From Vicinamibacteria bacterium (GTDB taxonomy: Bacteria > Acidobacteriota > Vicinamibacteria > Fen-336), in the NCBI GenBank assembly GCA_035544515.1, contig DATKEG010000253.1, forward strand, positions 1 to 23,368: DNA of 23,368 bases. Direction: 5' to 3'. The position numbers and the translations under genes are program-made. The notes beneath the pieces are model-generated. The model saw only the letters and a list, made by a program, of their open reading frames with translations, was not told the DNA's origin and made no database searches. This document shows, piece after piece, positions 17,518 through 23,368 of this stretch; the first letter of the stretch is position 1, and each line of letters opens with the position of its first letter.

Positions 17518-19518
17518 CTAGCCCGCCGCGCCTTCGCGCACGAGGACCCCGGCCGCCTCCACGTCCTCCGCCTTGCCGATCAGGCCCACCCGGTCGCCGG
17601 CGCGCAAGCGCGTCTCGGGCGTGGGGCCGGGCAAGACGGTCCCGTCGCGGTGGATGGCCACCACCGAGGCGCCGGTGCGCGCGCGCAGGTTCGCTTCGGC
17701 CAGGGTACGGTCCGCGAAGGGACTGCCCTCGGCCACCCGCGTCCAGCTGATCTCGACGCCCTGCGCGGCGTCGAGGAGCTGCGCCAGCGCGCGGTGCTCT
17801 TCCTGGGTGTTCAGCGCCACGTCGTAGCTCTCCTCTCGCACCACGTCGCCGTACTTCTGCACCTCCCGAAGGGGGAAGCCGAGGCGCAGCAGGGTGTGGC
17901 GCACGACCTGGAGCCCGCCCTCCATCTCGGGATGGATGACGTCCTGGGCGCCAAGGGCGGCCAGGTGCTTGATGCCCTGCTGGGTCGCCGCGCGGGCCAC
18001 GATGGGCAGGTTCGGGGCCAGGCGGCGTGCGGCCGCCACCGTCAGTCCCGCGGCGGCTTCGTCCGGAATGGTCACGACCAGGGCGCGCGCGCGGTCGAGG
18101 CCCGCGTGGTCGAGGACCTCGGAGTTGGCCGCGTCGCCGAAGAGCACGGGCACCCCGCTCTTGCGCAGCTCTTCGGCCCGGGCCACGTCCACCTCGACCA
18201 CGAGACGAGGTACGCCGACCCGGCCCAGGACGTCCACGATGTGGCCGCCCACGCGGCCCCAGCCCACGATGACGACGTGGTCGCGCGCCGTGGCCACCAC
18301 GTCGTCCGGCGTGGCGGGCGCGCCGCCGACCCAGCGGCGCAGCCAGGGCCAGCCCAGGAGCCGGCGCTCCAGGGGATCCACCAGGCTGAACATGACCGGG
18401 TTGAGCGTGATCGAGACGAGGGCGGCGGACAGCAGCAACGAGTACTGGTCGCCCTCGAGGATGCCGAGCCGCACCGCGGCCTGGCCGAGGATGAAGGTGA
18501 ACTCGCCGATCTGGCTCAGGCCGGCGGCCACGACGAGACCGGTGCGGAGGGGCTGGCGGAGGAGCGTCGTGAGCACGATGGCGGCCAGGCCCTTGCCCAG
18601 GATGATGAGCAGCGTCAGCGCGGCCACCGGGCCCGCCCGCGCCACGAGGTCGCGCGGGTCCACCAGCATGCCCACGGACACGAAGAAGAGGACCGCGAAC
18701 GCCTCGCGGAAGGGGAGCACGTCGGCGCCCACCTGGTGGCTCAGGGGCGACTCGCTCACCACCACGCCGGCGAGGAAGGCGCCGAGCGCGAGGGAGACCC
18801 CGAAGAACGCGGCCGAGCCCAACGCGATGCCGAGCGAGGCCGCCAGCACGAGGAGCAGGAACAGCTCGCGCGAGCGCGTGTGCGCGATGCGCATGAACGC
18901 CCAGCCCAGCACCCGCGCTCCGAAGACGAGCATGATGACGATGAAGGCTCCCGCCTTCAGCAGGGTGAGACCGAACCTCTCCAGGTCGAAGCCGCCACCC
19001 GTGACGGCGAACACGGGCAGGATGAGGAGGAGCAGGACGGTCGCCAGGTCCTCCAGCACCAGCCAGCCCACCGCCACCTGCCCGTGCCGCGTCTCGAGCA
19101 GGCCGTGGTCCATGAGCGCGCGCAGGAGCACCACGGTGCTCGCCACCGAGATGGAGAGCCCGAGCACGAGGCTGGCGTTGACCGGCCAGCCCCAGGACCG
19201 CGTCAGGAGGTAACCGATGCCGGTGGCCACCGCCATCTGGCCGAGGGCGCCCGGCACGGCCACGTCGCGCACGCGCCAGAGGTCGCGCAGCGAGAAGTGC
19301 AGCCCCACGCCGAACATGAGGAAGACGACGCCCAGCTCGGCGAGCTGGCCGATGGCGCCCACGTCGCCCACGAAACCCGGCGTGAACGGGCCGATGGCGA
19401 CGCCCGCCAGCAGGTACCCCACGATGGCGGGGACGCCGATGAGCCGCGCGAGCACGCCGCCGACGAGGGCGGCACCGAGCGCCACCGCGATGTTCACCAG
19501 CAGCGGAAGCTCGTGCAC
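17518..19518 (-). CDS. Monovalent cation:proton antiporter-2 (CPA2, KefB/KefC/YbaL-like K+ efflux) with C-terminal RCK_N (TrkA-N) and RCK_C (TrkA-C) domains.
   Basis: 666 aa. About 12 TM helices in the Na+/H+ exchanger domain. Rossmann-like HVVIVGWGRVGGHIV. C-terminal TrkA-C-like region (EGSPFADRTLAEANLRARTGASVVAIHRDG). GTG start. Confidence 0.85.
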   Translation of the reverse strand: MHELPLLVNIAVALGAALVGGVLARLIGVPAIVGYLLAGVAIGPFTPGFVGDVGAIGQLAELGVVFLMFGVGLHFSLRDLWRVRDVAVPGALGQMAVATGIGYLLTRSWGWPVNASLVLGLSISVASTVVLLRALMDHGLLETRHGQVAVGWLVLEDLATVLLLLILPVFAVTGGGFDLERFGLTLLKAGAFIVIMLVFGARVLGWAFMRIAHTRSRELFLLLVLAASLGIALGSAAFFGVSLALGAFLAGVVVSESPLSHQVGADVLPFREAFAVLFFVSVGMLVDPRDLVARAGPVAALTLLIILGKGLAAIVLTTLLRQPLRTGLVVAAGLSQIGEFTFILGQAAVRLGILEGDQYSLLLSAALVSITLNPVMFSLVDPLERRLLGWPWLRRWVGGAPATPDDVVATARDHVVIVGWGRVGGHIVDVLGRVGVPRLVVEVDVARAEELRKSGVPVLFGDAANSEVLDHAGLDRARALVVTIPDEAAAGLTVAAARRLAPNLPIVARAATQQGIKHLAALGAQDVIHPEMEGGLQVVRHTLLRLGFPLREVQKYGDVVREESYDVALNTQEEHRALAQLLDAAQGVEISWTRVAEGSPFADRTLAEANLRARTGASVVAIHRDGTVLPGPTPETRLRAGDRVGLIGKAEDVEAAGVLVREGAAG

Positions 19519-19554
19519 GGTTCCGCATTATGTTCCGGGCTGCTACCCTGAGTC

Positions 19555-19989
19555 GTGCCGGCACCGATCCGCATCGGCGAACGGGTGGTGGTGCCCGCGT
19601 CCGCCCTCACCATGAAGGCGGTGCGCTCGTCCGGCCCGGGCGGGCAGAACGTCAACAAGGTGGCCTCCAAGGTCGAGCTGCGCGTGGACCTCGCGCGCGT
19701 GGACGGGCTGAGCCCCGCTCAGCGCGACCGGCTCTTCGCGCTGGCGGAGCCACGGCGCGACGCGGAAGGCCTGCTGGTGGTGACGAGCCAGAAGACGCGC
19801 GACCAGTCGCGCAACCTCGACGACGCGCGGGAGAAGGTGCGCGCGCTGGTGGCGAAGGCCATGGCGCTTCCCCGCCGCCGCCGGGCCACCCGGCCCACGG
19901 CCGCGTCCCGCGCGGAGAGGCGCCGGCTGAAGGCCCGCCTCTCTGGACGCAAGCGCGCGCGCGGCCGCGTGCGCGCGGCCGAGGACTAG
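19555..19989 (+). CDS. arfB: Alternative ribosome-rescue factor ArfB (YaeJ-type peptidyl-tRNA hydrolase with GGQ motif).
   Basis: SSGPGGQNVNKVASKVELR GGQ motif. Basic C-terminal tail (RRRRATRPTAASRAERRRLKARLSGRKRARGR). GTG start, divergent from the antiporter with a 36-bp spacer. Confidence 0.85.
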   Translation: MPAPIRIGERVVVPASALTMKAVRSSGPGGQNVNKVASKVELRVDLARVDGLSPAQRDRLFALAEPRRDAEGLLVVTSQKTRDQSRNLDDAREKVRALVAKAMALPRRRRATRPTAASRAERRRLKARLSGRKRARGRVRAAED

Positions 19990-20026
19990 TCCAGCCCGCG
20001 CGGAATCACGGACCGAGAGGGCGGCG

Positions 20027-21658
20027 CTACTCGGGGATGGGAGGTCCCGGGCGCCGGCCGGCGGCCTGTCCGGGCGACGCGGGCTCGCCTCGCAGCACGT
20101 CCAGACCGCCTGCGAGCTTCAAGACCGACTTGTCCCGGTCGTCGGCGATCCAGACGTTGCCCTCGGCGTCCACGGCGATCCCCTCCTGCTGCTTGCCCGG
20201 AATGGTCAGGTCGCGCTCCACGGTGCCGTCGGTCCGCATGACGATGACCACGTCCTGCGCATCCGAGACGGCGAGCAGCCGGTCCAGCTCGGCCACCCAG
20301 GTGATCGCGGTCAGGTCCTCGTAGCCCGAAAGCTCCCAGCGCCCCTTCACCACGTCCGCGCCGAGCGCGCCCGCCGGCCGGTTCACGTCGAAGGCGAGCG
20401 CCACCACCGCGGCGGGCTCGCGCTGGTGGGCCAGGTAGAACATGCCGCCCCCGGGTTGCGTGGGATCGGGGCGGAAGGCCAGCCCCTCGAATCCCTCGTT
20501 GCGATCCCCGCCGGGACGCCCGAGCACGGCGTCCTTGTCCAGCCGCCAGCGCTTGCGCTCCTGGAGGCCGACCGGGTCGTAGAGGATCAGCTCGGAGTTC
20601 CGCTCGGCGAGCACGACCAGGTCGCCGGTGGGGGTGTGGACGGCCACGCCCTCGAGGTCCCCCGCCAGAGCGACGCTGCGGACGACGTTGCCCGCCGTGT
20701 CCAGCTCCGCGAGCTTGCCGTCGTCGCCGACCACGAACAGGTGGCCGGACGGCGGATGGAACGCCACCCCGGAAGGCTCCGCCATCCCCAGCCCGGCGAA
20801 CCGTTGGGGCGTGCCGAACGCGGCGCCCGGCCGCTCGCCCAGGAGCCCCCCTTTGAGGTCCAGGCGGCGAGCCTTGCCCGAGAGGACGAGGTAGGAACCC
20901 ACGCCCATCAGGAGCACGGCCATCACGGTCATGAGCTGCAGCCCGAAGTAGAGGCGGCGGAGGGCGGAGTACTTCGCCTTGTTGATCTGGGCCAGGGCGT
21001 GGGCCTGCACCGCCAGCTCGGCGTTGAGCTGGCCGATGCGCAGCTCCCGCCAGGAGCGGCGATAGGCCTCGAGGTCGCGGCTCAGGATGTCCTCGTAGAA
21101 GCGAAGGCCGACCGGAAAGTCCTCGAGGCCCGTCTCCGAGGCGTAGCGCACCTGGGGCTGCGCCTTGCGTGGCCGCAGGGACTCGATGGCCTGGATCACG
21201 AAGTAGACGGCGATCAGAGCATAGACGGCGATGACCAGGGCCATGAACGGCCGCCAGCCGGCGGGCACGGCGTCGAACACGTCGGTCTGCGACGCCATGA
21301 TGAACAGCAGCGCGTTGAGCGCGCCCATGATGATGAGCGCGAACCGCGCCTTGTGGTCCGCCAGGTCGACGAGGTCGATCGCCTCCTCGAGCACGTCCGT
21401 GAGCGCGCGGTAGCGTTCCCAGGACTCGAGCGGACGATGCGCGTCCTTGACGAACCTCCGCTCCTTCTTCGAGGGTTTGCCCGCCTTCAATGGTCGATCG
21501 GCGGGCGCGGGCAGCGGCACTACCTCGGCCGGCGCGGCCACGACCGGCGTGGCCCGGGCCGGCGCGGCGGGCGTCGCGTGGGCTCTGGCCGCCGCCTGGC
21601 CCCGGGTATCGTCTTCGTCCCGCTCGTCGGCCCGGCGCGAACGGTCGTCTGCGGCCAT
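20027..21658 (-). CDS. Multidomain membrane protein. It has an acidic Ala/Pro-rich N-terminus, a 3-TM module (two adjacent TM helices, an amphipathic helical region, then a third TM helix) and a C-terminal YjiK/SdiA-regulated-like (SMP-30/gluconolactonase/LRE-like) beta-propeller domain.
   Basis: TM segments FALIIMGALNALLFIMA, WRPFMALVIAVYALIAVYFVI and LQLMTVMAVLLMGVGSYLVLS. Motifs ADHKARF before TM1, LRPRK after TM2 and KAKYSALRRLYFGL before TM3 resemble the 2TM/3TM effector modules DUF5706 (Pycsar-effector-like) or SLATT; this resemblance is from memory only. C-terminal repeats PSGVAFHPPSGHLFVVGDDGKL, DLEGVAVH, NEGFEGLAF and EGIAVDAEGNVWIADDRD are typical of YjiK-like propellers. The ATG at 21658 has no clear SD, so the start is uncertain. 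Confidence 0.6.
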   Translation of the reverse strand: MAADDRSRRADERDEDDTRGQAAARAHATPAAPARATPVVAAPAEVVPLPAPADRPLKAGKPSKKERRFVKDAHRPLESWERYRALTDVLEEAIDLVDLADHKARFALIIMGALNALLFIMASQTDVFDAVPAGWRPFMALVIAVYALIAVYFVIQAIESLRPRKAQPQVRYASETGLEDFPVGLRFYEDILSRDLEAYRRSWRELRIGQLNAELAVQAHALAQINKAKYSALRRLYFGLQLMTVMAVLLMGVGSYLVLSGKARRLDLKGGLLGERPGAAFGTPQRFAGLGMAEPSGVAFHPPSGHLFVVGDDGKLAELDTAGNVVRSVALAGDLEGVAVHTPTGDLVVLAERNSELILYDPVGLQERKRWRLDKDAVLGRPGGDRNEGFEGLAFRPDPTQPGGGMFYLAHQREPAAVVALAFDVNRPAGALGADVVKGRWELSGYEDLTAITWVAELDRLLAVSDAQDVVIVMRTDGTVERDLTIPGKQQEGIAVDAEGNVWIADDRDKSVLKLAGGLDVLRGEPASPGQAAGRRPGPPIPE

Positions 21659-21688
21659 GTCCCATTATGGCTTACGGCGCGCGCGGCA

Positions 21689-21721
21689 GGAGGGCGGCGG
21701 CCAACGCCGCCGCCGCCCTCC
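21689..21721 (-). promoter_or_regulatory. Perfect 13-bp GC-rich stem-loop (GGAGGGCGGCGGC / GCCGCCGCCCTCC, 7-nt loop) in the 66-bp spacer between the SPFH gene stop and the start of the downstream 3TM/propeller gene. No U-tract follows. Candidate processing, stability or attenuation element.
   Basis: ggagggcggcggccaacgccgccgccgccctcc read directly. It lies 1 nt after the SPFH TAA (21725-21727). Confidence 0.5.
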
Positions 21722-21724
21722 CCG

Positions 21725-22834
21725 TTACAGCAGCTTCACGACACGGTCGGCGAGGCCCTTCTCGCCGAGGACGACGGTCAGGTTGGCCTTCTCGGACACC
21801 TTCTCCAGCACCTCGAGCTCACGCAGGCGCATCAGGGTGGGGCTCGACTCGAGGATCTTGGCCGTGTTCGCCTGCGAGCGCATGGCGGCGGTCTCCTCGC
21901 GGCGCGTGACGAGGGCCGCCTCGGCCGCCTTCTTCGCCTCGGTGACCTTGTTCATGAGGTCCTTCATCTCGCCGGGCAGGATGACGTCGCGGATCCCGAG
22001 CGCCACCATCTCGAGACCGAAACCGGCGACGCGGCCGCGCACGATGTGGTCCAGCTCGCGGGTGAGCGCGTCCTTTTCGCTCAGGAGGACGTCCAGCTCG
22101 CGCGTGCCGATGACGGCACGGAGGGCGAGCTGGGCCTCGCGGTAGAGGGCCTGGCGATAGTCTTCCACCGTGGTCATCGCCTTCAGCGGATCGGCGATCC
22201 TGAACGCGACCACGGCGTTCAGTCGCAGCGTGACCTTGTCGGCGGTCATGATCTCCTGGCCGGCGATGTCCACGACCTGCTCCCGCAGGTCGACGTCGAG
22301 GATGCGGGCCTTGGCCACGCCCTTCCAGAAGGCGTGGGCGCCGGGGGCCAGCGTGGCCTCGTGGCGACCGTCCTTGAAGAACAGCCCGGCGTGCCCGGCC
22401 TCGATCGTCACCGCCTCCAGGAGCGGCGTGGCGCCGCGCGCCTGCGCAATGACGGCAACGTCGGCGTGCTCGAAGCGTACGACGCGAGCGTCGAAGACCT
22501 CGACCCGCACGTCGTGGAAGACCGTCCACAGCGCGTACAGACCGGGCTTCAGGACGGCCTCGACGCGGCCGTCGACCCAGACCACCGCGCGCTCGTAGTC
22601 CTTGAGGTCCACGACACGTGCCTCTCCGTCCAGCGCACCCGACTTGGCCATCACGTCCAGGTCGGCGTGCTCGAGCCACACGTCGCGCACCGACACGACG
22701 TCCACACGGATCTTGCGCAGAAGATCCCACATGGAATGACGTCCCGGACCACGGACGTCCTTGAACTGGCGGTCCTTGAAGACAAGACCGCGCTCGTGCT
22801 GGCGAACCTTGAACCAACGCAGGAAAACCCACAA
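21725..22834 (-). CDS. SPFH/band-7 (stomatin/prohibitin/flotillin/HflKC superfamily) protein carrying a beta-rich insertion of about 140 aa inside the SPFH core. No N-terminal TM helix.
   Basis: The N-terminal SPFH start VRQHERGLVF..GPG and later QEIMTADKVTLRLNAVVAFRIADP...TRELDVLLSEKDALTRE...GLEMVALGIRDVILP match the band-7 core. Residues about 60-200 (EHADLDVMAKSG...ILDVDLREQVVDIAG) interrupt it. The C-terminal coiled-coil-like tail is KKAAEAAL...LRELEVLEKV. TTG start at 22834 with GGGGG 6 nt upstream. Confidence 0.65.
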   Translation of the reverse strand: MWVFLRWFKVRQHERGLVFKDRQFKDVRGPGRHSMWDLLRKIRVDVVSVRDVWLEHADLDVMAKSGALDGEARVVDLKDYERAVVWVDGRVEAVLKPGLYALWTVFHDVRVEVFDARVVRFEHADVAVIAQARGATPLLEAVTIEAGHAGLFFKDGRHEATLAPGAHAFWKGVAKARILDVDLREQVVDIAGQEIMTADKVTLRLNAVVAFRIADPLKAMTTVEDYRQALYREAQLALRAVIGTRELDVLLSEKDALTRELDHIVRGRVAGFGLEMVALGIRDVILPGEMKDLMNKVTEAKKAAEAALVTRREETAAMRSQANTAKILESSPTLMRLRELEVLEKVSEKANLTVVLGEKGLADRVVKLL

Positions 22835-23096
22835 GGGACACCCCCTCTCTCAAAGAGATCAACCGACAAGAAATGGCCTCCGGGGGACGGTTCGCCGGCC
22901 GCCACGCCTCCAGCGTGGAGCGCGACTTGAGGTCCCTCCGACTCCGCTTGTTACGGGGCGTTTTGGCAGGACCGGTATCCGCGCGCTGCAAGACGCTCTC
23001 GCGCGCTTCCGGCCGTGTCCGGATACGGGCCCACGGCCGGCAGGCGGATCACGGCGTCCGCCCCCCAAAGGCCGCACTTACGACACACCATTCACG

Positions 23097-23168
23097 AGTT
23101 GGCACAGGAGTCGAACCTGTGACAGCCGAGTTTCGAGCTCGGTGCTCTATCCACTGAGCTAGCCCTGA
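23097..23168 (-). pseudogene. tRNA-like pseudogene. The D-arm, anticodon arm (anticodon CGA), 5-nt variable loop and T-arm are canonical. The 3' acceptor strand diverges after 3 nt and no CCA is encoded.
   Basis: Minus strand: TCAGGGC-TA-GCTC-AGTGGATA-GAGC-A-CCGAG-CTCGAAA-CTCGG-CTGTC-ACAGG-TTCGACT-CCTGT-GCCaactcgtg. The 5' acceptor TCAGGGC needs GCCCTGA at the 3' end but finds GCCAACT, giving only 3 pairs. Anticodon CGA (Ser) in a class-I scaffold is non-canonical. The arms resemble tRNA-Arg(ACG) with indels. Confidence 0.6.
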
Positions 23169-23291
23169 CACCTCCTTCGTTAGAACCCGTGCGCGGAACG
23201 AGCGCCGCCGATCACGGAGTGAGGCGGCGCGCACCGCCGGCCCGGGGGTATCAGCCCTTTCGCGGCCTCGTGGCCGCCTGAACTCCCTAAG

Positions 23292-23365
23292 TGGAGGTGG
23301 GTCGGGGAGTCGAACCCCGCTAACTGGCTTTGCAGGCCAGCGCCTGGCCGCTCGGCCAACCCACC
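23292..23365 (-). tRNA. tRNA-Cys (anticodon GCA) with encoded CCA, a 3-bp D-stem and discriminator U.
   Basis: Minus strand: GGTGGGT-TG-GCC-GAGCGGCCA-GGC-G-CTGGC-CTGCAAA-GCCAG-TTAG-CGGGG-TTCGACT-CCCCG-ACCCACC-T-CCA. All stems are perfectly paired. Total length 74 nt. Confidence 0.85.
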
Positions 23366-23368
23366 GGC

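Noticed and set aside
17488-19564. 687-aa (+) and 685-aa (-) ORFs overlapping the kefB-like gene.
   Set aside because: Their translations are Arg/Gly/His-rich low-complexity. The 17518..19518 frame gives a canonical CPA2 transporter with RCK domains.
19986-22930. 559-aa minus ORF (19986..21665) and 834-aa plus ORF (20426..22930) overlapping the SPFH and 3TM/propeller genes.
   Set aside because: Low-complexity Arg/Gly/Pro translations with no domain-like motifs. The alternative frames carry recognisable SPFH and YjiK-like motifs.
23097-23168. Calling this a functional tRNA-Ser(CGA) or tRNA-Arg.
   Set aside because: The acceptor stem cannot pair (3 of 7), no CCA is encoded, and anticodon CGA sits in a class-I (short variable loop) body. 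It is reported as a tRNA-like pseudogene instead.

Overview
This is a high-GC (about 70%) bacterial chromosomal segment. Coding density is high, with GC-rich third codon positions, frequent GTG/TTG starts and several 4-nt GTGA start/stop overlaps. Many long shadow ORFs in the six-frame track are artefacts of GC richness (Arg/Gly/Ala/Pro-rich translations). In two places a long ORF runs a real gene into out-of-frame readthrough (korB, korA).

Supported gene order:
- a secreted M28 peptidase (-)
- an MBL-fold hydrolase (-)
- a large polytopic membrane protein (-)
- an RRM-type RNA-binding protein (+), with a 5'UTR hairpin and a clean intrinsic terminator
- a secreted M24 (Xaa-Pro aminopeptidase-like) peptidase (-)
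- a DM13-domain lipoprotein translationally coupled to a putative outer-membrane beta-barrel (+)
- a 2-oxoglutarate block on the minus strand: Kgd/OdhA-type fused E2-E1 2-oxoglutarate dehydrogenase, then korA (fused gamma-alpha), then korB
- a PAS-GGDEF protein (AGDEF variant) ending in a vestigial EAL fragment, preceded by a CRP/FNR-like palindrome (-)
- an HD-domain hydrolase (-), 4 nt downstream of a KefB/CPA2 K+/H+ antiporter with RCK domains (-)
- divergent arfB (+)
- a two-gene membrane-associated module (-): an SPFH/band-7 protein with a large insertion, then a protein combining an acidic N-terminus, a 3-TM module and a YjiK/SdiA-regulated-like beta-propeller
- at the right edge, a tRNA-like pseudogene with a destroyed acceptor stem next to an intact tRNA-Cys(GCA).

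Other structure: a perfect 52-bp direct repeat x2 at the left window edge; two short in-frame tandem repeats; a low-GC TACG-repeat-rich convergent intergenic region; a CTAG-containing 16-bp palindrome; several perfect inverted repeats in promoter regions.

No CRISPR array, integrase or transposase is visible. The most system-like candidate is the tRNA-adjacent SPFH + 3TM/beta-propeller pair.
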